A stretch of 64,000 nucleotides of DNA from an uncultured Gammaproteobacteria bacterium (GCA_964641255.1 CAZXMM010000001.1:745890-809889), one strand, 5' to 3'; shown: positions 1-9,522, numbered from the stretch's first letter. The notes: generated by a model from the sequence alone, not told the origin. Program-made: numbers and translations.

Positions 1-25
1 ACCACCGGTGCTATAATTTCCTAAT

Positions 26-101
26 GCACCTGTAGCTCAATGGATAGAGCACTTCGCTTCGGACGAAGGGGTTGGGGGTTCGATTCCCTTCAGGTGCACC
101 A
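26..101 (+). tRNA. tRNA-Arg(TCG)
   Basis: Cloverleaf: acceptor GCACCTG/CAGGTGC, anticodon arm CTTCG-CTTCGGA-CGAAG, T loop TTCGATT, encoded CCA; extended -10 TGcTATAAT at 9-17. Confidence 0.96.
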
Positions 102-138
102 GTTGGTAAAATAATCACAGCGGATTGTTGGCTCGAGT

Positions 139-921
139 TTGGTTAGTTCATCTCCCAGGTGTGATATGCTTGGTAGTGTGAAGATAATCAATAAACTAAG
201 AAATCAAGCGGTCCGTCTCAGGCTTCTGGGTAAAAGCTACAAAGAAATTGACCAAGAGATCCACGTTGCCAAAAGTACCCTTAGCTATTGGCTAAAAGAT
301 GTCGAGTTGACACCGCAACAACAGCTAAGACTTTATACAAAGCAGGTTAACATACTATCTCGTGGACCAAAAAGTCAAAGAGACCGCCGGGCAAAATTAG
401 TCGACCAAATAGTCAGCAGTGCAAAGAGAGAGGTTGCATTACCTATCTCTGACGAAAGCATCAAGCTTTTTGGTGTCGGACTGTATTGGGCAGAGGGCTC
501 AAAGAGCAAATTGCTTCAAATTACGAATTCAGATCCTTATTTGATCTTATTTATGGTGAGATGGCTACACAAAGTCTTCGGCGTTCCACCTACTTCACTA
601 AGAATTCATCTGAATCTTTACTCTCAACAAAGAGAACAGGATATTAAACTTTTTTGGTCAGAGCTAACTGGGATTCCCCTTGAAAATTTTGGCAAGTCAT
701 ATATTAAACCGGAGAACAAAGGATTTAAAAAAAATAACTTATACTATGGCACGGCCAGAATTTACGTACCTAAGTCAACAGACTATAAGTATCAAATGCT
801 CGGCTGGCTTTCTGCCCTTTTAGAAAGTTACAAAACTGATGTAGAATCAGTTAAGCAGAGGTGGACCAGACTTAAAGACACCAAACGGCCAACAAATTTG
901 CGGGTTCCTTTGCCTCGTTAG
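139..921 (+). CDS. HTH + LAGLIDADG-like domain protein (LYWAEG motif), tRNA-adjacent
   Basis: N-terminal HTH (GKSYKEI...VAKSTLSYW), then GVGLYWAEGSK...ITNSDP resembling a LAGLIDADG helix; true start may be 166 or 178. Confidence 0.7.
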   Translation: MVSSSPRCDMLGSVKIINKLRNQAVRLRLLGKSYKEIDQEIHVAKSTLSYWLKDVELTPQQQLRLYTKQVNILSRGPKSQRDRRAKLVDQIVSSAKREVALPISDESIKLFGVGLYWAEGSKSKLLQITNSDPYLILFMVRWLHKVFGVPPTSLRIHLNLYSQQREQDIKLFWSELTGIPLENFGKSYIKPENKGFKKNNLYYGTARIYVPKSTDYKYQMLGWLSALLESYKTDVESVKQRWTRLKDTKRPTNLRVPLPR

Positions 922-983
922 CTCAGTGGTAGAGCAGGAAGCTCTTAACTTCAAGGTCACAGGTTCGAATCCTGTACGAGGCA
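912..983 (+). tRNA. tRNA-Lys(CTT)
   Basis: Acceptor GCCTCGT/ACGAGGC, anticodon loop CTCTTAA, T arm ACAGG-TTCGAAT-CCTGT; CCA not encoded. Confidence 0.94.
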
Positions 984-997
984 CAGTGTGGTAGACT

Positions 998-2980
998 CTA
1001 GCGCTTACGCAGTAGAACAATGAGTCCCAGAAGACCAAGTAGCGGCCCACAGAGGAGAAAAATTATCCGAGTATCTTCCTCAAGGAACGGTTGGACCGCC
1101 TTTTCGACAGCCAGACTTAAAAGAAGTTTTGGCTGATGCAGCAAATCTGTCTTAGTGGGGAAATAAACAGTGCGAAACACTGATCCTTTATTAACAATCG
1201 CAATGCTGCGGTTTTTCTCCTCGTGCGATAAGACAAAACTCAGGATAAAGCGCTTATCCTTTGACTTTGGATCGAGAGGAAAACCAACGGGGTGAAACCT
1301 AGTTTCGTAGAGCTGAGAAACTGGATAGATTGTCTGGGCAATAAGTTTCCCGGTGGGATCTTGTAAGTTCACTTGCAAACTTTGCTCTCCGCTTAGACCA
1401 GTATTGGCGTCTGCAGCGGCATAATCAGTAGTAATCATCAAATTTATCAGCACCATGCCTAAATTGGCATCGGCTCCCACAAAGGGCAGACTCACTGGGT
1501 TTAAGGATAGGGGGATGAGACGGGGTAGATTAATATTGTCTACATTGACCACTCGAGCCGAGAGGGTGACTGGAACGCGTTGGGCCACCCAAATTAGAAA
1601 AACAAAACCTACTAGCCCCAAGATTAGAATTCTCCCAATTCCTTTTTCAGGGCGCTCCGCTCTGTCTTTTACCTGCGTTTTAGGAGGGGTGCTTTGGCTT
1701 TTGGCAAAGTAGGGGAGTTCCAAAAAGACATGAAGTACCACCGCCAAAACAGCCATCAAAATGATCGCTGAGATAGCCGCTTGCGCCATAGCCCCAACCG
1801 TTACAGGATCACCATTTTGGAGAAACACTTCAATAGCGATGGTGTGAGTTAAATAAAGTGCGTAGCTAAGGCTACCTAAAGTCATTAAAATCCGGTTTCT
1901 AAGAAATCCCGACCAAGCATTATTGACTGACAGAGTGATTAAAAACACCCCAGTGACGGGAATAATACCTAAAATTAAATCAAAGAGGCCGGGTAAGCGG
2001 GTGAGTTTGGCTAGCAAAGGGACGCCCACTACTCCCATCAGGCAAAGTGTAACCAGTCCTACTTTCGGTAAACGCATTGCAAGATTTTGCCAGCGCTTTA
2101 TCCACTGGGTTTCGCGAATTAAACCAATAGCCACCCCAAAGGCAAAATAAATCCCGAGGTAGATTTGCATCATCTTAAGGGCAAGAACACCACTAAAAAG
2201 CAGCCATAAGCCAAAAAAGAACGGGAAAGCCAGTAGGGTAGTAATGCTCCCTAGAGTGATGGACTTTTTTTCAGTGATAAAGCTGATAATGGGCAAAAAC
2301 AAAAGGGGGTAAAAAATATAAAAGGAGACTTCGGTAACAATGCTCCAGTAAGCTCCATCAAGTTGCGGCACGTAATTGCCAAACGGCAAAGCTACAGTGC
2401 TATTAACCGCAAAAAAAACTACGGACTGAGCCCACTTGGGCCAAATTAGATAAAACACTGAGGACGGGACTAGCGGTAGGACAAAGATATAACCCAGAAT
2501 CACCGCCAGTTGCAGGGTAAGAAAAGTGAGAAACAATAATTTCCCTAGTTTGGGTCTTTGTGGAAGTAACATAAAGCCCCTCCACAACAGTCCCAAAACG
2601 GCGATGACAACGAGAACTATCTGTGCAGTCACCAGCGGATCCAGCTTTGTGTCAAAAAATCTGATAATGGTTAGCGCCACACACATGGCCACAAAAGCTG
2701 GAAAAATGCGGGTGTAACGTTTTTGCCAAAAGGCTAGCTTAGAAGCCACCTGGGGATAAATTGTCGCCATGAGAAATCCACTTAAGAGAAAGAGAATACT
2801 CACACCAATTTTGCCACTCACTAAAAAGGTGGCAAGAAGTGGTTGTAAAAGGGTCGGGGTAAGGTCAAACAGCGGACCCAACCGCAAGTGATTGAGGATA
2901 ACAAGAACAATCGCAATTCCCCGCAGGCCATCCAACTGATCAATACGGCGAGAATCCGAAACGGTGGGTTGCATAGCCAT
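998..2980 (-). CDS. Acyltransferase-3 (OafA/YrhL-like) membrane O-acyltransferase with C-terminal soluble domain
   Basis: LDGLRGIA, FLLSGFL, RYTRIFP, YWSI..E..FY and SYALYLTH motifs; many TM helices. Confidence 0.85.
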   Translation of the reverse strand: MAMQPTVSDSRRIDQLDGLRGIAIVLVILNHLRLGPLFDLTPTLLQPLLATFLVSGKIGVSILFLLSGFLMATIYPQVASKLAFWQKRYTRIFPAFVAMCVALTIIRFFDTKLDPLVTAQIVLVVIAVLGLLWRGFMLLPQRPKLGKLLFLTFLTLQLAVILGYIFVLPLVPSSVFYLIWPKWAQSVVFFAVNSTVALPFGNYVPQLDGAYWSIVTEVSFYIFYPLLFLPIISFITEKKSITLGSITTLLAFPFFFGLWLLFSGVLALKMMQIYLGIYFAFGVAIGLIRETQWIKRWQNLAMRLPKVGLVTLCLMGVVGVPLLAKLTRLPGLFDLILGIIPVTGVFLITLSVNNAWSGFLRNRILMTLGSLSYALYLTHTIAIEVFLQNGDPVTVGAMAQAAISAIILMAVLAVVLHVFLELPYFAKSQSTPPKTQVKDRAERPEKGIGRILILGLVGFVFLIWVAQRVPVTLSARVVNVDNINLPRLIPLSLNPVSLPFVGADANLGMVLINLMITTDYAAADANTGLSGEQSLQVNLQDPTGKLIAQTIYPVSQLYETRFHPVGFPLDPKSKDKRFILSFVLSHEEKNRSIAIVNKGSVFRTVYFPTKTDLLHQPKLLLSLAVEKAVQPFLEEDTRIIFLLCGPLLGLLGLIVLLRKR

Positions 2981-3008
2981 ATACTAAGAGTATATCATCA
3001 GGCTAGCT

Positions 3009-3941
3009 ATGAACATACTCATTACCGGCGGGGCCGGCTTTATCGGGTCGCATCTTCAAGACAAGCTGGTAGCAATGGGTCACGAGGTAGTAATCGTCGA
3101 TAATCTTCGCTCGGGGAAGAAGGATTATCTCAGTCCCCAAGCCCACTTTTATGAGGTGGATATCCGGGACAAAGCGGGCCTAGAGACAGTTTTTGCCCAA
3201 ACGAAACCAGAAGCGATTTTCCACCTAGCGGCACAAAACGAGGTACCCTACTCTATGAATCATCCACAGGAGGATCAAGAGATAAATATTGTGGGCATGA
3301 TGAATCTGTTGGATTTGGCAGTCAAATATGGCCTCCAAAAGTTCGTGTATTCCAACACCGGGGGAGCTCTTTACGGAGAGGTGGCTGAAGTGGATCTACC
3401 AATCACTGAGGATTGCCCAGTTGTCAGACCAACCTCGTTTTACGGCGTATCCAAGTTGTGTGCGGAATACTATCTTAAACTCTATGGCAATTTATACCAC
3501 CTTCCCTGGGTATCTCTGCGCTACGCCAATGTCTATGGACCAAGACAGGATGGCAACCGCGAGGCGGGGATTGTGGCAATCTTTTGTTCCAAACTGTTAA
3601 AAGGGGAGCAGCCCATAATTAACGGTGACGGCCAACATACCAGGGACTATATTTTTGTCGGTGACGTGGTAGATGCCAATACCGCCGCCCTGGCCTACGA
3701 TCAGAGTGATTATTTCAATATTGCTACCGGGCTAGAAACTTCTAACCAGGCAGTATTTGACGCTATTGAGTCGCACTTAAAAACCGGTATTCAGCCCGCT
3801 TATGGCCCCGATCGACCCGGCGACCCCCGGCATAATTCCCTCTCCCCAGCTAAGGCAAAAAGGCTTCTTAGGTGGGGGGCCAAAATTGATTTTAAAGGCG
3901 GTGTTAAAACAACGCTAGATTATTACTTACAAACTCGGTAG
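3009..3941 (+). CDS. NAD-dependent epimerase/dehydratase (UDP-glucose 4-epimerase-like)
   Basis: GGAGFIG Rossmann motif, YGVSK catalytic motif, LRYANVYGPRQ. Confidence 0.9.
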   Translation: MNILITGGAGFIGSHLQDKLVAMGHEVVIVDNLRSGKKDYLSPQAHFYEVDIRDKAGLETVFAQTKPEAIFHLAAQNEVPYSMNHPQEDQEINIVGMMNLLDLAVKYGLQKFVYSNTGGALYGEVAEVDLPITEDCPVVRPTSFYGVSKLCAEYYLKLYGNLYHLPWVSLRYANVYGPRQDGNREAGIVAIFCSKLLKGEQPIINGDGQHTRDYIFVGDVVDANTAALAYDQSDYFNIATGLETSNQAVFDAIESHLKTGIQPAYGPDRPGDPRHNSLSPAKAKRLLRWGAKIDFKGGVKTTLDYYLQTR

Positions 3942-3978
3942 AATAGTTTCACTATGCAACTCACCCAAATAGATCTCA

Positions 3979-5415
3979 ATGACATACGGCCTCGACTTCG
4001 GTACCACTAATAGTGCAATCAGCATCGGAAGGGCTGAGGGGAGACGAGGATCAACGCTTTTACCAATTGACGGCTTCGCATTTGACCCCCACGTTATCCG
4101 TACTGCGCTTTACTTTTATCCCCGGAAACTAGTCATTGACCCCCACACCACGAAGGAAGCTCTCGCTAGGAATGAGTTTAAAGTCGGACAAATTTGGTAC
4201 GAAGGTGAGTTTAAAACTGAAATTGGTGCCAAAGCGATAAAAACCTATTTAGCTGATAATAAAAATCGTCAACCCGGCATCACCCGCAAAATTTATACAG
4301 GCAAATGGATTAAAGCCAACAGCTCAGCCTCGGAAGATGTTCCTCAAAACGTGCAAGTGCCCGAGCATCATGTTGAAATTGATTATGGAACTGGAAGACT
4401 ACTTTACGCCCTAAAGACCGCCCTTAAAGCTCCACTTTATACAGGCTCGTCACTTTTTGGCAAGTTCTTTACCCTAGAAGAGTTAATCGCAACGTATGTT
4501 ACAGAGATCAAAAGAAAGGCCGACAGCCAAGTAGGAGACAATGTAACCTCGATTGTTTGCGGCAGACCAGTGGAGTTTTCCCCGAATAAAGCCAAGGACC
4601 GGGCGGCCCAAGACCGCCTGATAGAGGGACTTAGGGCTGCTGGATTTAAAACCATCGAGTTCGAATACGAGCCAGTGGCCGCCGCCAAACACTATATTTC
4701 TCTTCATCCTGGCGAGCAGAAAAAGGTGTTTGTCTTTGATTTTGGAGGCGGAACTCTCGACACTACGATTGTGGAGTCGGGAACTGTTCCGAAAATACTC
4801 TCAACAGGCGGCGTCTATATTGGAGGTAATCTGTTAAATTCAAAAATTTTAAAAGCTAAGCTTCTCCCTTATTTTGGCAGCAACATTACGTATGGCCATC
4901 GCCAGGTACCGCTCTCAAACCATATCTTTACTCAGCTGGCTTCTTGGTACACAATTCCCAATCTAAATAATCCAGCTAACATGCGCCATCTTTCAGATGC
5001 CCATTATCAGTGTTCGGACACCGCAGCATTGGATCGTCTTATTGCCCTCATTAACAGAAATCTTGGTTTCGAACTCTACGAAGCAATTGAAACTGCTAAG
5101 AAAGAACTGTCAAAAGAGAGAGTGTCTCGCATCGTTTTTAAGGATGCTTCCATTAGTATTGATATGCCCCTAACTCGCAGCGAATTTGAGGAAATTATTG
5201 CCCCAGAAGCTCACATGGTAGAAGCGCTTGTTATTAAAACCTTGGAGGATGCGAAAGTCGACCCCGAAGAGATCGACGTGGTAGTAAGAACTGGTGGGTC
5301 ATCGCTAATCCCGCTTTTTGAGCAGATGTTGGGGAGAATTTTCAAACCAGAGAAGTTAACCCTTCTTGACACCTTCACGAGTATTGCTTCGGGGCTCTCC
5401 CTACCGAAAATTTAA
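3979..5415 (+). CDS. Hsp70-family ATPase, YegD-like (no substrate-binding domain)
   Basis: GLDFGTTNS, EPVAAA, DFGGGTLD and TGGSS motifs; 478 aa. Confidence 0.85.
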   Translation: MTYGLDFGTTNSAISIGRAEGRRGSTLLPIDGFAFDPHVIRTALYFYPRKLVIDPHTTKEALARNEFKVGQIWYEGEFKTEIGAKAIKTYLADNKNRQPGITRKIYTGKWIKANSSASEDVPQNVQVPEHHVEIDYGTGRLLYALKTALKAPLYTGSSLFGKFFTLEELIATYVTEIKRKADSQVGDNVTSIVCGRPVEFSPNKAKDRAAQDRLIEGLRAAGFKTIEFEYEPVAAAKHYISLHPGEQKKVFVFDFGGGTLDTTIVESGTVPKILSTGGVYIGGNLLNSKILKAKLLPYFGSNITYGHRQVPLSNHIFTQLASWYTIPNLNNPANMRHLSDAHYQCSDTAALDRLIALINRNLGFELYEAIETAKKELSKERVSRIVFKDASISIDMPLTRSEFEEIIAPEAHMVEALVIKTLEDAKVDPEEIDVVVRTGGSSLIPLFEQMLGRIFKPEKLTLLDTFTSIASGLSLPKI

Positions 5416-5420
5416 GAGCA

Positions 5421-5939
5421 TTATTTTCCAGCTAGGTACCGAGAAGTAAATTCCTTATCAGAATTTTTGACGTTGGGGACACTGCTTACGGGAAAAAAGA
5501 TTCCTTTAACCAATTTAATACCAGGACGAAGAAGAATGGGCAGGGGACCAATATTATGAATGGGGAGGGCAAGGAACCCACTACTTCCTGGCTCAGCGAA
5601 TTGATCGCTGTGAAGAGCGTCCAGATCAATTTGTCCCTTGGATCCCCGGGTAGTCAGAAGTAGGGAAACAGTGCGGCCAAGCATCACATTTTCCGCGATA
5701 AAACCAATAATGAAGTCTCCGGGTTCTAAAAGGTATCCCGCTTTTGTCATTTCAAAAGCATTTTCAAACTCTAAGGTATCATCGGCACTGTCAAGAAACT
5801 CCTTTATTTTTAATTGACACAGCTTACTACCCAGAGTGAAGGTGTAACTGCCAGGCTTTAGATTCTCTTCAATAAATGGAGTGATACTAATCTCTCCTGT
5901 CGCAAGATAATTTTTAATATCAGAACTGGAAAGAATCAT
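5421..5939 (-). CDS. dCTP deaminase/dUTPase-fold protein (degenerate active site)
   Basis: MILSSSDI...ISITPF...PGSY...LEPG N-terminal pattern of Dcd; catalytic motifs altered. Confidence 0.7.
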   Translation of the reverse strand: MILSSSDIKNYLATGEISITPFIEENLKPGSYTFTLGSKLCQLKIKEFLDSADDTLEFENAFEMTKAGYLLEPGDFIIGFIAENVMLGRTVSLLLTTRGSKGQIDLDALHSDQFAEPGSSGFLALPIHNIGPLPILLRPGIKLVKGIFFPVSSVPNVKNSDKEFTSRYLAGK

Positions 5940-6030
5940 AAGTGTAGTTTTATATTAGCGCAAAATTACTTGCATTTCTTTCACTTTACAATAATTTGAC
6001 TAGACCGCTCATTTCTGGCATTATAACTTC

Positions 6031-6627
6031 ATGAAGAGACTGCTCCTCTTGGGAAGCTTTGTCCTCGGCAATTTCTCCATTTTGGTAATCGCCTTTGCCA
6101 TTATTACTATGTGGACTACTCAGAGTAGTTCGGCCGCTGAGACAGAGAGTAGTGACGTGGTCCTCACTCTAGGTCCTAGGGAACTAAGGCACTTTGGCGC
6201 CGCACCGGCAGAGCTACCCCAGATCAGTCCCACAATTATTGAAAGTGATGCAAGACCGACCATTATCAACAAATTCTTTATCGCCCACTCTTCACCTATG
6301 ACCGGGCTCGGTAAAATCATTGTGGCCGAGGCGGATAAGAATAAGATTCCCTTTAATTTGCTACCGGCTATCGCCATGTGCGAAGGCAACGCCGGAAAAG
6401 TTATGCCCGAAGGCAGCTTTAATACTTACGGCTGGGGAATTTATGGTAACAAGGTGACCCGCTTTGCCAGTTGGGAAGAGGGGATAGCGGCAGTTTCCAA
6501 GGGACTACGGACTAATTATTACGACCGGGGGCTAACCACAATTGAAGCTATTATGGCCAGATACGCTCCTCCTTCTGAGGGATCTTGGGCAAACTGCGTT
6601 AACAAATATATGGCCGAGCTAGAGTAA
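6031..6627 (+). CDS. Membrane-anchored lysozyme-like/glucosaminidase-domain protein (putative peptidoglycan hydrolase)
   Basis: N-terminal TM; LLPAIA.CE...N.YGWG...F.SWEEGI...YAPP...W pattern. Confidence 0.65.
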   Translation: MKRLLLLGSFVLGNFSILVIAFAIITMWTTQSSSAAETESSDVVLTLGPRELRHFGAAPAELPQISPTIIESDARPTIINKFFIAHSSPMTGLGKIIVAEADKNKIPFNLLPAIAMCEGNAGKVMPEGSFNTYGWGIYGNKVTRFASWEEGIAAVSKGLRTNYYDRGLTTIEAIMARYAPPSEGSWANCVNKYMAELE

Positions 6628-6645
6628 TCTAGTACTTCCCGCCAC

Positions 6646-6674
6646 TTGACAAGCCCATAATATATTGTTATAAT
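6646..6674 (+). promoter_or_regulatory. Consensus sigma70 promoter
   Basis: TTGACA (6646-6651), 17 bp spacer with TG, TATAAT (6669-6674). Confidence 0.8.
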
Positions 6675-6684
6675 CTCTTTTAGA

Positions 6685-6724
6685 TCCTGAGGTATGCTTC
6701 CCAAGGCTACGTCAGGGTTTTTTT
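6685..6724 (+). terminator. Intrinsic terminator-like hairpin
   Basis: Interrupted stem TCCTGA...TCAGGG followed by T7. Confidence 0.6.
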
Positions 6725-6785
6725 GTATCTAAGTCTTCCCCTTAGAACCATCTCATAGTAGACCAGGCAAAACTAGTCCACAACT

Positions 6786-7331
6786 ATGACAACTGCAACT
6801 CTTAAAAAATTTGTTCTCAAATGGCTCTTGGTTTTAACACTTTTAGTGTTAGCAATTTTTGGCAGCGCGGGAGAAACTTGGGCTACAGATATTCGCGAAC
6901 GCAAAATCGCTGCCTATCTTTTTAAACACAATTCCCCCCTGGCTTACTATGCCAAAGAGTTCGTGATTCAAGCTGATGAGAACGGCTTTGACTACCGACT
7001 GCTCCCAGCTATTGCGGGAGTGGAGTCAACCTTTTGCAAACGCTACATTGTTGGCACTTACAATTGTTGGGGTTGGGGAGTGGGAAAAATCCCTTTTGAG
7101 TCATGGGGACATGGGATAAACAAGATTTCCGATGCTTTGGGCGAAAAATACATTGGTCGGGGAGCGGTCACCGTCGAACAAATCGGCAGAATCTATTGTC
7201 CGCCTACCCATGAATCCTGGTCCAAAAACGTACGCTTTTTTATGAATGAGATCGACAGTGTTGATCTTTCAGAACCAATCTCCAACCTAACACTACCAAA
7301 TCAAGCCTTGGCCCGATCGCTTGATATATAA
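6786..7331 (+). CDS. Secreted lysozyme-like/glucosaminidase-domain protein, paralog of 6031..6627
   Basis: Signal peptide; LLPAIAGVES...NCWGWG...FESW..GI...YCPP...W. Confidence 0.65.
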   Translation: MTTATLKKFVLKWLLVLTLLVLAIFGSAGETWATDIRERKIAAYLFKHNSPLAYYAKEFVIQADENGFDYRLLPAIAGVESTFCKRYIVGTYNCWGWGVGKIPFESWGHGINKISDALGEKYIGRGAVTVEQIGRIYCPPTHESWSKNVRFFMNEIDSVDLSEPISNLTLPNQALARSLDI

Positions 7332-7352
7332 TAGTCAAAGACATCTTTTTTA

Positions 7353-7437
7353 GGGCTGATGGCGGAATTGGTATACGCGCACGCTTTAGGAGCGTGTCCC
7401 GCAAGGGATGGAGGTTCAAGTCCTCTTCAGCCCACCA
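7353..7437 (+). tRNA. tRNA-Leu(TAG)
   Basis: Acceptor GGGCTGA/TCAGCCC, anticodon arm CACGC-TTTAGGA-GCGTG, long variable arm TCCC-GCAA-GGGA, encoded CCA. Confidence 0.96.
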
Positions 7438-7505
7438 TTGATACTTTAGGATTCAAGCCGATAATTAAAATTGGCGAACAGCATTATTTAAAATTGTCAG
7501 ACCGG

Positions 7506-7946
7506 GTGAGAACAAAATCAGAAATAGCTGCATTTTTGTTTGCGAAAGTGTCGGCTGACTACTCTGCGTCCATTACAGCCCAAGGAACTGCCTTAGCAGC
7601 AGCATGTAATAATCTCAGATTAAGACCTAGACGCCTAGGTCAAGCGCTGTTAGGGAATCAAACCGCACTGGAACGGCTGCAAAATGCCGCTAATTCCGCT
7701 CACGCACGAAATCATGTAATTGGCATTGTAACCGTAAAAGACGTTAGGGGAATTGTTGCTAGTGATTTTGCGATAGCAGACAGGCTGCGCTTATTGAATG
7801 AGTCCGATATTGACGAGATCTTAGGGCAATATTCGTATTTTCGTCAGATGCAACAGCAAATCGGTAGATTTGCTGAAATTGAATATCGTGAGGTGGCCTA
7901 CGATATTTTAGATATATATAAAAGGAAACTTGTCGCCTTCTTCTAA
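7506..7946 (+). CDS. Hypothetical protein (start uncertain)
   Basis: Long open frame downstream of tRNA-Leu; track start 7359 is inside the tRNA; in-frame GTG at 7506. Confidence 0.4.
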   Translation: MRTKSEIAAFLFAKVSADYSASITAQGTALAAACNNLRLRPRRLGQALLGNQTALERLQNAANSAHARNHVIGIVTVKDVRGIVASDFAIADRLRLLNESDIDEILGQYSYFRQMQQQIGRFAEIEYREVAYDILDIYKRKLVAFF

Positions 7947-8026
7947 AGCTAACTAGTCAGCAAATATATTTAGCTTGCCACTCCCTAATTGTTTTCCGTT
8001 TCTACACTAAATAAACTGCTCTTGTT

Positions 8027-8686
8027 GTGTCAAAAAAAGTAACCCAAAAGGAAGTAGCCAAGCGAGGATTAGTTTTTATTGATTTTAATGGAGTAATCTC
8101 CTATAAACCCTTCTGGTCAACCCTAGCCGATAAGTCACACCCAAGTCATAGTCTTTTCCTAAAAATACAGGATTTAATTTTTGGCCCAGACCCCACTCTC
8201 GTCCAAGCCTGGATGACAGGAAAGAAGACCTCGGAAGAGATTCATGAAACACTGGAAAAAAACTTAGGTGCCCCTAAGGAACTTTTTAGTAACTTTGTTA
8301 GGGACTGCATAAATCTTGATGTTTCAGTTCCCATCATTTCCGCTGCTAAAAAATTGCGGTCAAATTTCCACCTCATTCTCCGTACGGACAATATGGACAC
8401 ATTTTCTCGCTGGACACTGCCCGCTCATCCAGAACTAAGGGAAACTTTCCACGAAATTTATTCGTCGTTTGAACTGGGTTTCTTAAAAAAGACTGATGGG
8501 GGTAAATTTTTCGTTGATCTGGCCGAAAAAAATGGGTTTACCATTTCTCAGTGTAGTCTGCTAGATGATAGTACTAGTAACTGCGCTCTCTTTAGGACGA
8601 TTGGTGGGCGGGCTTTTCAAACAACCAGCGAAATGGAAGCAATTACTGTGTTGGCTGGTCTAGGAAGTCACACTCGGCTTATTTAA
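8027..8686 (+). CDS. HAD-superfamily hydrolase-like protein
   Basis: FIDFNGV motif I variant, TDN motif II, K motif III, LLDDS motif IV. Confidence 0.7.
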   Translation: MSKKVTQKEVAKRGLVFIDFNGVISYKPFWSTLADKSHPSHSLFLKIQDLIFGPDPTLVQAWMTGKKTSEEIHETLEKNLGAPKELFSNFVRDCINLDVSVPIISAAKKLRSNFHLILRTDNMDTFSRWTLPAHPELRETFHEIYSSFELGFLKKTDGGKFFVDLAEKNGFTISQCSLLDDSTSNCALFRTIGGRAFQTTSEMEAITVLAGLGSHTRLI

Positions 8687-8720
8687 CACCCCGGTAGCAA
8701 TATGCTACAGTAATAGAGCC

Positions 8721-9506
8721 ATGAGGTTACTGCTGCCCAATTTAATCGTAGTTTGTCTGTTGTTCTGTAGCGTTTTTTTAGCCACTCCGGTTTCCGCTGA
8801 CTTTGCCAAAGCTTATCAAGATTATCTCTATAACAATACTCTCTATAAAGAAAACTATACGAATTATCAGGTCGCCAAGTCTACTTTTTTAACGTACCGT
8901 ACTAACTCGGCAGAAAACGACGCTATTATTGCCCTTAGGAAAGTGTTGCAGAGCCGCAACCAACTAATGGTGGTTTACTATGATTTGCTCTTTGAAAAGC
9001 TCCTGGTGACTCCCGGAATTAGTGACGACTACAAAACCACTTTTGGCAGTATCCGCACTAGCGAGCAAACCTGGCTGGCCGCTAATAAATTAAAGATCGA
9101 GGCGGCAGCCACCCTCCTGGATTTAAACTCAGTCTCCGGAGAATTTGAAGGGCGCTACCGGCAAATGGATAGCGAAACCAAGCAGGCTCTAGGGAGTGTG
9201 CTGTTAGCCAAAGAGCGAGTGCTAAGAGAAGAAGTAAACGCTGCGGTCGCCAGCGTTGGTGGTCAACTAACAGCTATGGATCTGGCTGGAGAAGACACCA
9301 CTATCTATAAACGCAATCTAATCGGTACCCAGAATAAACTGGAGCTGTTTGACGAGAAGATGGGTAGTGCCCAAAAGACACTGATTCGGCCGATTGGCGA
9401 GCCGGTAGAAGTTTTCCAGGGGCAACAACAATTAGCCGAAGCCAACCAATATTTAAGAGATATGGTCAGTAGTTTACTGGAAATTATTCGCTTAATTACG
9501 AGATAG
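8721..9506 (+). CDS. Secreted helical/coiled-coil hypothetical protein
   Basis: Signal peptide (…PVSA-DF), alpha-helical composition. Confidence 0.7.
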   Translation: MRLLLPNLIVVCLLFCSVFLATPVSADFAKAYQDYLYNNTLYKENYTNYQVAKSTFLTYRTNSAENDAIIALRKVLQSRNQLMVVYYDLLFEKLLVTPGISDDYKTTFGSIRTSEQTWLAANKLKIEAAATLLDLNSVSGEFEGRYRQMDSETKQALGSVLLAKERVLREEVNAAVASVGGQLTAMDLAGEDTTIYKRNLIGTQNKLELFDEKMGSAQKTLIRPIGEPVEVFQGQQQLAEANQYLRDMVSSLLEIIRLITR

Positions 9507-9522
9507 TAAATCTTAAAACATT

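Noticed and set aside
847-1050. 67-aa minus-strand ORF
   Set aside because: Antisense shadow of tRNA-Lys
7359-7505. N-terminus of the 195-aa ORF
   Set aside because: It translates through tRNA-Leu; any real start must be downstream
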